64,000 bases of DNA from Octopus bimaculoides (Eukaryota): positions 61,032,546 through 61,096,545 of the forward strand of contig NC_068982.1 of assembly GCF_001194135.2 (NCBI RefSeq). Direction: 5' to 3'. The notes under the pieces were generated by a model. That model searched no databases. It was not told the DNA's origin and saw only the letters and a list, made by a program, of their open reading frames with translations. Every line of letters starts with the position of its first letter. The stretch's first letter is position 1. Positions 12,816 to 27,346 of this stretch are shown here, in pieces. A program made the position numbers and the translations under genes.

Positions 12816-14589
12816 CTAAGAGGAAATAAAATGTCAAAGTAAAGATTACTTGGTATAATAATTTTCAAAAAATTGAAAGGAAAAACATTTTGCATTATAA
12901 CTATTTTTGAGAAAGCAAGTTTTTTACTATTCTAAGTCGTTATTACAAAAGTCTTTTTTATAGTCTACAGTTGTTTTAGGCACATAATGATATACGATAT
13001 AGTCTCAAAGTCTGATTTTTAACTCTTCCTTAAGCATATGTTGAATTCCATAGATAACACGAGTAGAAGTCAACTAAGTGGCATATATTCAGCCTTATAC
13101 ATCAGTTAATTTTTTCCAAATTTAACTTCTTGTTTCAACAGTTATTTGAGCAATTTCACACATTTATCACTACATTTAGCTAAGAATGACTAGAATTGTT
13201 GACAGAAAACCTTTAAACCTGATTTCAAAAGGAAATTTTAAATCCTATCATTTTACATGTGACAAAAAAAACAAAAAAACATAAGGCAAAATAGTATCAT
13301 TTTATTTCGTTTGGGATTTTTTCTAACTGGTTCAACTAGGTCAAATTAACGGCAAAATACATGATTAATATAAATGAACATTAGAAGATATATTCATAGA
13401 ATTGCATCATAGTCCTCAGCAAAATTATGCATAAAATTACAAAGAGTAAATTTCATACAACATTTATCATAGAAATTTGTAAAATGCCATCAAGATATCT
13501 CTTTGTAAATTTCTCTCAAACACAACTTAATAACTTTTGAATGCTTTGAGATTGAAAATATTATAAACTGGGTTATTTTAAATTAATTTGGGAATTAAAC
13601 TATTCCTTTTTAAAGAAATCTTTTTCGATCACCAGTATTAAGATTAGAAGCGAAGCTGTCATCTGATATCATTTAAGAAAATCAATATCCTAACAGTAAT
13701 AACTACTTTTTAACATCACTTAAAAGGAGGCAATATTGTTAGTATGAATGGGTGGAAGTTGTGAACCAATCACTGTTATAGTTTCATATCAACAGATACA
13801 GTAGAATTACTGTGTCTGTTGGGCTTTAAATATAATGCGCCATAATGGTAATTGGTGGAATAACATTATATTTTTTACAGTTTAACTCCGTTGTAGCTAA
13901 AAACTGTAAAATGCTGAAGCAGGAGAACATCCTGTTCAAAAGAATTGATTTTTACTTGGTTCTTTTTAAATAATTAAATGGGCAAAGATTTAAAATGATG
14001 AAATAAGTTTTAATAATTTGTTCCAGTGAAATAAGTTGTGGATGTCTACCAGGAAACTAACTCTGTCTCTTGCCTCTCCGACTGACTAGCAATCTGAAAT
14101 AAAGCACATACTGATGTTGACAAAGGAGTTAGTTATGGGATTATTATCATTATTATGTTATTTTATTGGTTATATTTCCACAAAACTGGTATTTAGTCTT
14201 CTAAAATTTACTCAACTAGTTTACAAAAGAAACAAAAAATAAATAACAAACTCAATTTCAGGGAAATTTTTGAAAATAATTGTCTCTAACTAGTCATGAA
14301 ATTCTATTGATTCTCTTTGTTTTCTTACCCAAGGTGCACAAACAGAGAAGCAACAAATTAAACACACAGAAACACTTTTACATTGTGTGTTTGTTGAAAG
14401 TGGACATTGTTTTGTCAGGTAGGGGGCATTTTCATAGTCTGTAATAGAATGAGTAATAGAATAAAGTGTACATAGCTGTTGGTGTACTTCAGATTGGCGA
14501 TGGTGGTGGTGGTGGTGGTGGTGATATCATTTATATTATTGGTTGTTTTGCTTGAGATATTTACTGGAGATGTTATAGTGGTGATCCTA

Positions 14590-14840
14590 GTACAACACTA
14601 GCTACAGTTAATGATTGATGGGGTTGATAATGACGATGACGACGATGACAATGATGTTGCTGATGATAGCATTATTAGTTGTGGTGCCATTGACATGGCG
14701 AGGAGTAATTTTGTGGTTGCTTGTGGTTATTTTTTTATTGGTGCTGCTGCTATTGCTGCTGCAGTTATTGCTGTTGTTGCTGCTGCTGCTGATGATGATG
14801 ATGACAACGATGACTATGATGATGCCAGGACTTATCATTG
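14590..14840. repeat. Degenerate trinucleotide mosaic (GAT/GAC/GTT/GCT)
   Basis: Low-complexity triplet runs that open ORFs in several frames. A similar tract lies at 46010-46340. Confidence 0.8.
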
Positions 14841-17486
14841 ATGACTAATCTTTTGGATATCCTTAGTTATTAATCTCTGAGTGTTTCAGTATAAATAACC
14901 CCCACCAAAACCACCACCACCACCTCACCCCAACTTGTTTGGAATAGAATGAAAAGCTTGAATACTTTGACTTTTCAAAAACCTGGCCTGGAAATATTGA
15001 TACACACTCAGTGCTTATTGTTTTAGTTTATCTAGAATACCAATCAGCTGCAGGAGTGAATTGAAATTTTTTTTTTCACATGTTTGTTGATAACACAAAA
15101 GCTATTGATATATTGCTGCAAACCAAATGAGATGCTAATTTTCATTATTTTCTCTGTAAAATTCTCTTTTAATAAAATACTTTCGTTCTGTTTAAGATAT
15201 CAGTAACTCGCTCCAAGTGCAACAAATCTTGCTGAATGATAGGCTAACAAGGACAGGGAGGCTGCTATGTAGTAGCTCAACAGGCTAGAAATAAGAGCCA
15301 ACTTTCCTCAAATCACCATCTTGATAAAGGAGGCTGGACAATGCAGTATTGGATTTAGAAAAAGAAGGGATGGTCACAGATGGAATGCCGCTAATTATAT
15401 TTTTGTTCAATCAAGAATGACCAAGGTAAGACAACAATAATCTTGGTGGGTGATGCGGATGTATATATTACTGATAGAAGTATGATATTGAAGTTATTAT
15501 TCATTGGCCAAACTTTCAAATAGAAATTATTTCTTTGAACAGAACAACTGGGAAATACCATTCAGTTATTGTTTAGCTTGAGGTCAACCCATTTAACAAG
15601 CCTTTGATCAGAGGTGTTACAACTGTAACAGTCTTATCTTTGTTTTCAGGTATAGCATATCTAAAACTATATCGTCTAATGTGTCCTTTTATTTAAGCCA
15701 ATAGTGCATCATTTCACTGTTTCCCCTCTACCAAAGTGCTCCCAATGGGATTGGTTGGCCCATAGCTAAAATAGAAAACATCTGTCTGAAGTATTGCACA
15801 GTGAGACTGAACTGGAAACCACGTAGCTGCCAAGCAAGAGTCTCAACCACACAACCATATTTTCTTTTAAAATTTTATAAGATGATGTATTTTATAATGT
15901 AAAGAATTTTAAAATGGATCATGTTTCTAAATAAAAAATCAAAATAATATAAATTTTATTAATATCATGTCAACTGCTGGTAACAGTTGACGTTTTTGAA
16001 GAAATACTTTGATCATTCATCTAAACTTTTGATGTTTAGCTTATTTTCTTTGTTTGTTTTTTTTTTATGTTAAATATATTTTCCTTGATTGAGATATTTT
16101 ACATCTCGGTTACCATGCTTTTACAATGCCCTCATGTTGCATTAGAAAACCAACAGAAATTTTTCTCCAGTGATAAAGGATAAAGATCCTTACCAAGTCA
16201 TATAGACTTATAAAGCCAGTTTCTCACTTTCCATGGCAAATAACATTTTCCCCGCCTAGACAGAATGCCAGTCCATCACTGGAAATACGCGTTTTTGTCA
16301 GCTGAGTAAACTGAAACAACATCAAATGAAGTGTTTTGCTCAAGAACACAAAGTATTGTCTAGTCCAGGAACTGAAATCACAATCTTATGATCATGACTC
16401 CAACATCCTAACCACTAAGCCATATACCTCCACTTTCTCCTATGAAAGTTAAAGGTAATTAACCAAAGGTTTTAACAGATGTAATTCTAGGAATGCTAAA
16501 GAACAAGCTTTCAGCAATGCAAACTATTTATTTTGTTTCTGCCTTCAAATTAACTTTTAACTTGATATGACTTCTCTTAACAATCTCGCATTCATAATAT
16601 ATTTAAGAATTGCTTCCCAAAGACTACAATTTCTCTTCTGAGCTCAAAAATACTTCAGTCCCAAACAATTGCTGATTTCCTACTTAGTTCAAATGAGACC
16701 AATGATAGAATACTGACTCAACATCTGGCACAGTACTGTTACTGCCATGCAAAAACATCTTTAGACTGCATTGTAATGAAAACCATCTCAATGATCGGCA
16801 AGGAGTCACTACTTAACATACGTTAATCTCTGGCTTACAAAAATTTGCTGTCCTTACTCTACATCTCTTATAACCCCTTAAATGACCTCCACTCTTCAGA
16901 GCTATCTCGTTGTATATCATCTTCACTGAAGCTCACCTGACATATCTGTCTCTTCTAACACATTATGTGTCTAACCTCTACACCCAATTATTCCTTCCTA
17001 TAATGTCAACCCTTTGTAATACCTTTCAAATATTTATTGACTGGCAGACATTCAAACTGAATATCAAGCATATCAATCTCACATATTTCACACAACTTAC
17101 AAAGATCATATGCACAGTTCCCTCTCAACTAACACCATAATACATGTGAGTGTAAGCTGTTGTTGCAAGGAAAGTAAATATTTACTTAAATTTTACTAGA
17201 ATATAATTTATATATACATATTTTCATATTCAATATTCTTTGATGATCTTAAAAAAATTCTGCTATTTATAGTATTTATAGTATTTAGAGGCTTGGAACT
17301 AACACTGGCTTTAAAATGTCAAAATATCTTGTCTGAAAAAGTAGCAAGACGAAGGAGTATTTAAGATGTAACTTGGGATTGAACTTGTTTCCATTTCTTT
17401 AATATTTAATGATTTGCTACATACACAACAGTGTGCTGAAACCAAAATTTGTTGCTCTGATCAGTTTTTTGCCAGGAAAAAAGAGG

Positions 17487-17525
<39 letters not shown>

Positions 17526-20500
17526 TGTAGAAAAATATGCATATACATTAGATATATGTTTAATTAACTGTACTTCCTGGTGGGTTGAAAAACAAAGAAT
17601 AACTGGAAAGTAGCTGAAGTGGGAGAGGAGGAGATGATAAAACAGATCAGAAAGTATAGTGGTCAACAGAAACAATCAATGCAGCAGGTTATTGAAGCAG
17701 ACAGCATGCCAGTAGCTATTAAGCTACATTATTTGTTCTTGCCCCTCCCACTTAACTGCCTTCTCCTCTCAGATCAGGTTTACATTAAGCTGAGCTAGTC
17801 AATGAAACAGGTCATGTCACAAAACTGCCTTGCCATATGCATGCCAATAATAAGTAACAGAAATTAAAACCTACGATATTTTTAATTTCTGATCAACAAT
17901 GGTAACAATGATGGTGAAAAAGGAAAATTAAACAAGACCTTATTGATCCAATATTCCTGACAAATTTTCAATCCACCATATTAAGGTCTATTTTTCTCTC
18001 TTCTGGGAATTGCTTTTCTCTGGAATTCACTTCCTGCTCTTTAATGCCTTCAATTGATATTTCAAATGATTGGGCCAACAAGTTAGATGCTACACAAGTC
18101 ATTGAAATTGCTGTTTAGAAATTCAAATCTTTTGTCAAACAATTTTTTTTAATACTGGCAATCATATATCTAGTCTTATTCAGCACATTTGAGATGTCTA
18201 TAAAAAGAGAGAAAATATTGCACACAAGCATTCTTGAAGTAATAATTTAGAACTACAACCACCTAATTCTCACCATTTTTGTCCACTTTTATTCATAACC
18301 CATATTATCAGGAAAGATCACATGTCTTTTCATTACCAGCATTTAGTCTTCCTGATTGAACTTATAATACACGTATTAAACAGTAATTTTTCCTTATGAA
18401 GTGAAATCCATTTGTAACTAAAACTTAAAGAAGAATTCTTCACATTTTCTCAACTATCATTATAAACTCTTGACTCTGTTTCCTCTGCTCTTTTCATCTA
18501 CACTGCTAATTTTCAAAACTTGGTCATAAACATAATCTTCAACATTAAGTGATAACATCTAAAACCAGATTCAATAAAGCCTTAATCAAACAGATTTCAG
18601 AACAGCTTTTATGAGAGCCATGAATTCACTATCCTACCAACTTGACTACTGTCCTTTCCTAATTGTAGGTAGTAATTAGATGGGTGATGTATTATCAAAA
18701 TATAGAACAGATTAGAAACAAATAGGTTACTAGGTGGAGTGCATTGATCTAGGATTGAAATCTTATACATAAAGAATAAGTGGAATTACCAAAGATGGAA
18801 ATTGTTGTCTCTTAAGTATGTCTCATATCATTGCACACCACTATTGGGGCAGAGATTGATGTCTGCAAGTGTGAGCCCCATGAGTCAGAGGGGATGTTTC
18901 AGCACATCTCCCTCGCTATCCTTTGGGGCAACACCTTTTCCACTTTGTCTGCTGGTGCCATGAGAAATGTCATTCAATGGCTTTAATAAATAAAAACTTG
19001 TAATAGGTTTCTCTATTGAACAGTAAATTAATAGGAGTGTTACATTTATTACTTTATAAGCATTTTTCTAATTGGTCTTTATTTCTAATATATTGACTTA
19101 GTCTACTATTGTATTCAATGGCTAGAATCAAACTAATAAGGAAGCCTATACATGATTACCTGATCTGCAAGAAATTACAGCTAAATTCCCCACAAATCAC
19201 AGCCTACTGTGTTAAAAAAAATTAAGATACATGGATTACATAATTCTAGATATACTGAAAAAAGGTGGAATGGTCATAGCTTGAACAGATCTGATCATAG
19301 GCCTATTGGATTATGAGAAAAATAACTTTAAAATTCAGCATATTTCTTGAGAGTAAATTTATGACTTTAATATGGCAATCAATTATTTTAGATATGAAAT
19401 ATTGGTTCAGTGTTCAACCAATAAGAAAAATATACTGCCATAATTAATTCATCTTGAAAACCAAAATACTTTTTGATTTTAAATTTCAATCTACTCTCTG
19501 CACAACTGAACAGTGAAAGATAAACCAAGAGAAAAGTGGTGAATGGAATATTTCACAATAATGTAACTAAAAGATGCAAAGAAAATACCAACAGTCCCAG
19601 CAGTCACCAACAAACAATATATGTAAACATCATCTGAACTAGCTGAGCCATGTTCGGAGACTGCCTCCAACTAGTTAGCCAAGTCCTTTACTAGATCTAG
19701 ACAGTGTGTCCCAAAACTAATTAGTATCAGATATTAGAAAACAACTTCTAGTTGTTGTTGTTGCTACTGGTGGCAGTGGTGGTGGTGGCAGTGGTAAATA
19801 GACTACATCAGAACCATTAATGATGGAGTGCATTGATTATCTTTACATCATATGGAGCAAAAGGATCTAATCTAGTCTGGCACTCGTTATGCACTCTATC
19901 TCACGAAAGTTGTGGCACCCAAGTCTGTCATATTGAAAAGTATTTTATTAAAAAATTTATCAGTTTCTTGTCAATCTGTGTTAATAAATAAAATTTTACA
20001 CACCTAACATATATATCACAGTTCAAATTTTCTTCTCCGTAATCTATTTTAACATATATTTGCTTCAGTTCCAATCAATATCTGTAAAGTATGTTTACAT
20101 TTATTAAATTTAATATCAATAACTGGATGCAGAGCTTTTATGAATGAATATCCCTCGATTCATCCTAACTCAAAGGTCCATATATTTCTTCTAAAAGCAT
20201 GTATACAAAGTCATATGCATAACCTTCTGCTCAGCCTTATAAAATACATTTTTAATATCATTCTGGAATTTTCTTTAGAAATTGGAATTTTTTTTTTACA
20301 ACTTGCTTTCTTTCCCACTGAGTGACATATTTGGTCAATCAACTTATTTTGTGAATCGCTACATTAAAGATTAATACAATGATATGTACTAGTAGTATTA
20401 ATTTTAATATGCAACACACACACACGTGTACCTACGCATGTGTGTGTGTATATATATATATATACTGTAAATAAGATACTCTTTCAAGGAGTAGCAGTGA

Positions 20501-20715
20501 GACAGAGACATACTACCAGACAAGATTTCCTGCTGGCAGCAACAAAGGTATCAAAATGGCAATAAGGTTATCAGAGAGGAGAAAAACATGGGCTGTGATG
20601 TAATAAGAGAAAAACCTATTGGGATCAAACTAAGAAAGTTTAATAACAACACAATAATATTATAGGGCACACTCACACACAAGCCTTTCCCTTGAGCCCA
20701 GGTCTGCACACAACC

Positions 20716-20750
<35 letters not shown>

Positions 20751-22871
20751 AATGCTTTATTTATAAACTCAGAAGAGATGTAAAGTTGAGCCCCCAGTAT
20801 ATGTATGTATATATCATCATCATCATCATATCATTATCATTTAAAGTCTAATTTTCATGCTGCCATGGGTTGGCTGGTGTGGCAGGAATCAATGATCTAG
20901 AGGGTAGCACCAAGCTCCAATGTCTGTTTTGACATGGTTTTCACAGTTGGATGCCCTTCCTAATGCCAACTACTTTACAGAATGTACTAGGTCCTGTTTA
21001 CATAGTACCAGCACTAGTGAGGTCACCAATTAACTTGCAAAACAAAACCCCCTCAGCTGAGGGTTGTAGCATTGATGGATGCTGATTTATTCTAGATATA
21101 GAGAGGTTAAAGTATGACAGAAGGACAGAAGCAGGTGTCTTGCAGTACAGGAGAAACATGGCTACCCCAGATGGGGAAGAAGAGATGGTGAAAAGGTGTC
21201 AGGACATACCCTCAAGTTACAGGAAGGTGATCATAAGAGCATGGTCCAGAGGGTTTGACAGGGTGAATGTGTATGTAAGTCTGTGAGAGCGTGAAAGGCG
21301 AGTGGCAGATGGATAGGGATGGGAACAGAGGTGAATGGTGAATACAAGTGGAAGTGTGGTCAATAGGAAATATTAGTTTGTGTGGTCAATAGGAAATATT
21401 AGTTTGGAGGAAGGAAAATGGAGGGAATAGGAGTGGGTCATACACACACACACACTCATACACACACACACACACACTCATACACACACACACACTCATA
21501 CACACACACACACACACTCATACACACACACATACATATGACATTGTGAGANNNNNNNNNNNNNNNNNNNNNATGGAGGGAATAGGAGTGGGTCATACAC
21601 ACACACACACTCATACACACACACACACACACTCATACACACACACACACTCATACACACACACACACACACACACTCATACACACACACATACATATGA
21701 CATTGTGAGATATGGTTCTATTAAATGCAGACAGCTCTAAGTTCCATGTTTTCTGAAGTCTGCTGGAGTGTTCTATTGTCACTTTGGTTTTACTCAGAGC
21801 ACCAATATGTAACATTTTCATCAATTCCAAAATACTTATAGTATTCCCATCATTCTTCACTAGAGATAGGGAAGATAGACATCTCATTGATTTGTATGTT
21901 CTCTGTCCAGTTGACTATTTTTCTTCTCTTGACTATCATTTATCTTTCATCTGCTTCTGTCATTAGACTGTGGCCAAGTTCGGGCACTGCTTTGAAGAAC
22001 TTTTAGCTGGATGATTTGACCCTTGTACTTATTTCTTTTTAAGCCTGATACTTATTCTATCAGTTCCTTTTTGCCAAACCATTAAGTTATGGGGAAGTAA
22101 AAACACCAACACCAATTGTCAAGCAGTGGTGAGGGACAATACAAACACAAAGACACAAATACATAGATATGTATACAATGGGTTTCTTTCAGTTTCTTTC
22201 TACCAAATCCATTTACAAGGCTCTGGCCGACTCAAGGCTGTTGTAGAAGACACTTACCCAAGGTGTCATGTAATGGGACTGAACCCAGAATCATGTGATT
22301 AGAAGCAAGTTTCTTACCATACAGCTGAGCATTTATCTTACCCAAACCCCCATTCCTATGTCTCTGTGAGAATGTTGTGACAAAATCTAAATGGTCTCTT
22401 GACTTTGTTCATGTTACCAAGATATAACATTGGGTCATCAACAAAAACTGTGTGGGTGATATTAGTTTTATTCTTATTTGCATATCCCAACATCTAGCCT
22501 TGGCATTTCATCAACAAGGCTGACAAAGGGTTCACTGCCAGCACAAACAACATTACAGATAAACTGTCACCCTGGAATAAATATCTCTATTGATAACCTA
22601 ATTCTGTTTGTGACTATAAGACTTATAGGTACACACATATGTAAGTATCAGTGTTGTGTCTCTTGAAGCAATGTCATCATTTCTCAACAAACATCTTGCA
22701 AATGTACACACTAATTCAAAACTTATTCTGGGTTAATGCATAAAGAAAAAAATCCCCTGAAGAAAAACAAGGAAGATTCAAGAAAGAAGATGGTGAAGTA
22801 ATGATAATTGTAATGGAGTGGTAAGCTCTCCCCACATCTTTGTTTCACATTAGTTCCTTTGCTTTCCCCAT

Positions 22872-22923
<52 letters not shown>

Positions 22924-23084
22924 TTTCTCACTCAACTTTCTGAGATGATAATGTAATTGGAGTAGTGTAGTTATTAAAATTCCTCATTTAAAAATCATGT
23001 CTTGAAATGTTAGTACACAGTTTCAAATACCATGAAAGGTAAGACAAAAAGTATTTTTTAATTGTTTCACATTGAAATTTGTTC

Positions 23085-23854
23085 NNNNNNNNNNNNNNNN
23101 NNNNNNNNNNNNNNNNNNNNNNNNNNNNNNNNNNNNNNNNNNNNNNNNNNNNNNNNNNNNNNNNNNNNNNNNNNNNNNNNNNNNNNNNNNNNNNNNNNNN
23201 NNNNNNNNNNNNNNNNNNNNNNNNNNNNNNNNNNNNNNNNNNNNNNNNNNNNNNNNNNNNNNNNNNNNNNNNNNNNNNNNNNNNNNNNNNNNNNNNNNNN
23301 NNNNNNNNNNNNNNNNNNNNNNNNNNNNNNNNNNNNNNNNNNNNNNNNNNNNNNNNNNNNNNNNNNNNNNNNNNNNNNNNNNNNNNNNNNNNNNNNNNNN
23401 NNNNNNNNNNNNNNNNNNNNNNNNNNNNNNNNNNNNNNNNNNNNNNNNNNNNNNNNNNNNNNNNNNNNNNNNNNNNNNNNNNNNNNNNNNNNNNNNNNNN
23501 NNNNNNNNNNNNNNNNNNNNNNNNNNNNNNNNNNNNNNNNNNNNNNNNNNNNNNNNNNNNNNNNNNNNNNNNNNNNNNNNNNNNNNNNNNNNNNNNNNNN
23601 NNNNNNNNNNNNNNNNNNNNNNNNNNNNNNNNNNNNNNNNNNNNNNNNNNNNNNNNNNNNNNNNNNNNNNNNNNNNNNNNNNNNNNNNNNNNNNNNNNNN
23701 NNNNNNNNNNNNNNNNNNNNNNNNNNNNNNNNNNNNNNNNNNNNNNNNNNNNNNNNNNNNNNNNNNNNNNNNNNNNNNNNNNNNNNNNNNNNNNNNNNNN
23801 NNNNNNNNNNNNNNNNNNNNNNNNNNNNNNNNNNNNNNNNNNNNNNNNNNNNNN
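23085..23854. other. Assembly gap (one of 11)
   Basis: N-runs also at about 21552-21572, 24601-25260, 30115-30240, 36227-36236, 43778-43870, 45085-45094, 52366-53028, 54929-55049, 57790-58457, 63080-63117. Confidence 0.98.
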
Positions 23855-23876
23855 TATATATATATATATATATATA

Positions 23877-24104
23877 TTGGATTGTCCGGAAAGTTTGTGC
23901 CGATTTATAGTAGCTTACCTTTTGACTTATTTGCCATGAAACCACCTCAATTTTGGGAAGAGGGTATTTTCAAGTTAAAGGAAAGATGGAGATGCATTGT
24001 GCAACAAAATGGTTCATATTCGGTTGATTAAGAATGTAATGGCAAGTATTTAATGACCTTTTTCTTTCCTTTAAAAATCGGCACGAACTTTTCAGACAAC
24101 CCAA
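23877..24104 (+). mobile_element. Mariner-derived MITE (228 bp) in a (TA)n tract
   Basis: TIRs ttggattgtccggaaagtttgtgccgattt / aaatcggcacgaacttttcagacaacccaa with TA on both sides. Interior reads PPQFWEEGIFKLKERWRCIVQQNGSY, a mariner transposase C-terminus. Confidence 0.88.
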
Positions 24105-24220
24105 TATATATATAACATATATAATACATATATGTAACTATACACACAGACACACATATAATTGAATACTTTACTTCAAATGTGTTAGGTTCCCCCAGCC
24201 CCCACCATCCAAACAGCACT

Positions 24221-24258
<38 letters not shown>

Positions 24259-24348
24259 AAAATAAGCTGACTTAGAAATAAACAATTATGAACTTCATTA
24301 GCTTACAGCTGTTTCAGCTACAAAATGCAGTGGACTCATAATTGAGTA

Positions 24349-24600
24349 CGAGCGAGATCGTTGCCAGTGCCCCTGGACTGGCTCTTGTGCAGGGCCGTCG
24401 TAGGATTTTCGAGCGAGATCGTTGCCAGTGCCCCTGGGCTGGCTCTTGTGCAGGTGACACATGAAATTTTTCGAGCGAGATCGTTGCCAGTGCCCCTGGA
24501 CTGGCTCTTGTGCGGGTGACACATAAAATGCACCATTTTGAGCGTGACCGTTGCCAGTGCCGCCTGGCTAGCCTTCGTGGGATTTTCAAGCGAAATCGTT
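24349..24600 (+). repeat. GC-rich ~61-bp tandem repeat running into an assembly gap
   Basis: Units start at 24349, 24410, 24472 and about 24539 (cgagcgagatcgttgccagtgcccctgg...). Related to the segment at 12121-12150 within an RTE-tail copy. Confidence 0.85.
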
Positions 24601-27031
24601 NNNNNNNNNNNNNNNNNNNNNNNNNNNNNNNNNNNNNNNNNNNNNNNNNNNNNNNNNNNNNNNNNNNNNNNNNNNNNNNNNNNNNNNNNNNNNNNNNNNN
24701 NNNNNNNNNNNNNNNNNNNNNNNNNNNNNNNNNNNNNNNNNNNNNNNNNNNNNNNNNNNNNNNNNNNNNNNNNNNNNNNNNNNNNNNNNNNNNNNNNNNN
24801 NNNNNNNNNNNNNNNNNNNNNNNNNNNNNNNNNNNNNNNNNNNNNNNNNNNNNNNNNNNNNNNNNNNNNNNNNNNNNNNNNNNNNNNNNNNNNNNNNNNN
24901 NNNNNNNNNNNNNNNNNNNNNNNNNNNNNNNNNNNNNNNNNNNNNNNNNNNNNNNNNNNNNNNNNNNNNNNNNNNNNNNNNNNNNNNNNNNNNNNNNNNN
25001 NNNNNNNNNNNNNNNNNNNNNNNNNNNNNNNNNNNNNNNNNNNNNNNNNNNNNNNNNNNNNNNNNNNNNNNNNNNNNNNNNNNNNNNNNNNNNNNNNNNN
25101 NNNNNNNNNNNNNNNNNNNNNNNNNNNNNNNNNNNNNNNNNNNNNNNNNNNNNNNNNNNNNNNNNNNNNNNNNNNNNNNNNNNNNNNNNNNNNNNNNNNN
25201 NNNNNNNNNNNNNNNNNNNNNNNNNNNNNNNNNNNNNNNNNNNNNNNNNNNNNNNNNNNNAGTCATCATGAATATTAAGCATAATTTTATTTTGAGAAGG
25301 AAACACCAAAACATTTTTCTGAGTGCAACACACTATAAAAAGCCACCTTTTGGAGTGAATGTGGTCAGATATTTTAGAATAGTTCAAAGCCAAATGCTGC
25401 ATGAAATTTAATGGTTGCGGTATGGAATCCAAATTGTCGATTAGCTATTGATTACAATTACGTTGATGTAGAACCGAACGGCTTTTAAGAATTTCTTTGT
25501 CAAAGGTATAGCAGAAGACCTACATTAAGTACTCAATGCAAAGATTAAAAACAATTTGTTGTTCAGTCAGACCAAGACCAAACCATGCACATGCACGCAC
25601 ACACACACACACACACACACAATGTGAACACTCACATACACACATAATCAGCACTAAACCAAATGTAAAATTATTATCTGAGAGACTAAGTCAACTATTA
25701 TTAGTGGTGTATTATTCAAAATTGTGAAAAATTCTACCAATTAGTTGCTTCTGACTTTTGGTTACTGCTTAAATAGTGATATTAAGTGGTAGTGATGTAT
25801 GGTAGTAGCTACATTGTTTAATGCTAACACTAAATCTAAAATCATCGGTTAAGTAATAGGTTTACAGGCTCTCGTGTTTCAATCAATCAATAAATATTCC
25901 CTTTCAGGTCAATGCTTTGAGTGGTTAATAATTATTTGCCATTCAGAGAGCAGAAAGGACAAGTTCATTACTAAATAGTCATGAAGTTAATATAAACTGT
26001 AACAAATGTAACGATAAAGCTTGGCAGCTTTCCTGCTTTTTGTTATTTCACAATTTGATGTGGATTATAGTCACTTACACATGATATATGATATTGGAAA
26101 GCAAAAAATGGACAATCAATAATATTTATTGATTACATTTTGTAGATGATCTCTAGTGGACGAAAGTTAGTTATACTTTTAATTATGATAAATTTTAAAT
26201 ATTGTTTAAATTAGTTTAATTATATTAATATATTAAACTACATTAAGACAGACATGAAATGCTAGAAAGTCAAATTTAGACTTTTGAAGACAAATAGTGC
26301 ATTTATAAGGTTAAGAACCAATGTCTGAGAATATTGAGGCAGGAGTCTGACTACAAAACTCCTACCAGATCTATCAACTTGTAGCAAGGCTCCTGCTGAG
26401 ATTTTGAACCATTGCACTCAGATTCCCAACACAGGACCACAACCTACCATACTGCCATAAAAAAGCATGTCCAATTATGAAGAAATTGTATTACCATAAA
26501 CAGCATTAATACCTACACAAACATGGCTCAACCAACTAAATCAGCTGATGTGTGACCATGTGAGCTGAAATCTTCCCAACAAATAGTCTGAGTCAAACTT
26601 TCAAGAGAAACTCCATCAGATTATTAAAAAAACCCGTGAATTGAACTCCAAGCAGAGCCACCCAGAAATCCACATGGAGGCATGTCACTCTGCTCCTTAA
26701 AATAGTTTCTCCCCTTCTAAGTTTCCTTACAGAACAGCCTATGGTGCTACACAGGACTTTGTCACTCAATACTATGATAGGTGTTCTCATTTTTTTCTTT
26801 TTGTTTGGCCTATAAGGGCCTGAGATGCTACTCAACTTTATACCAGTCAGCTTGTTGATAAAACATTCTTATTTTTTCAATTTAATTTGTTTTCAGTAAT
26901 TACAAATTGTCTTTCTATTACTATTTAGCATACTATGCAATGAAAATTTGAATTTATTCTATTTGAAATCTCTTGAATGCTGTTCTATTTATTCAATTGT
27001 TGTAAATATTTAAATGCAAATGTTCCAGATT

Positions 27032-27346
27032 GTGGAGGCGCAATGGCCCAGTGGTTGGGGCAGCGGACTCGTGGTCGGAGGATCGCGGTTTCGATTCCCA
27101 GACCGGGCGTTGTGTGTGTTTATTGAGTGAAAACACCTAATGCTCCACGAGGCTCCAGCAGGGGGTGGTGACGACCCCTGTTGTACCTTTTCATCCCAAC
27201 TTTCTCTCGCTCTTTCTTCCTATTTCTTGAGTAATGCTGCGATGGACTGGCGTCCCGTCCAGCTGGAGTGGGGAACGCATATGCCATAGAAACCGGGCCC
27301 ATGAGCCTGGCTAGGCTTTAAAAGGGCAAAAGAGAAAGAGAAAGAG
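27032..27346 (+). mobile_element. Young tRNA-derived SINE with 14-bp target-site duplication
   Basis: A box tggcccagtgg, B box ggtttcgattccc, (GAGAAA)n tail. aaatgttccagatt appears at 27018-27031 and 27347-27360. CpGs largely retained. Confidence 0.92.

Noticed and set aside
14608-14848. Overlapping ORFs in three frames (also 46078-46379, 45529-45926)
   Set aside because: Trinucleotide low-complexity DNA; no splice or homology support.
16600-18560. Possible old LINE-derived sequence (also about 3390-3650, 5340-5760, 26330-26830, 36750-37100)
   Set aside because: Composition is suggestive, but no diagnostic motif could be read with confidence.
21415-21712. Direct duplication of ~135 bp around a 21-N gap
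   Set aside because: Overlapping contig ends in a microsatellite; most likely a scaffolding artefact.
24349-24600. CRISPR-like appearance of regularly spaced repeats
   Set aside because: Eukaryotic context, the spacers are near-identical rather than unique, and there are no cas genes.
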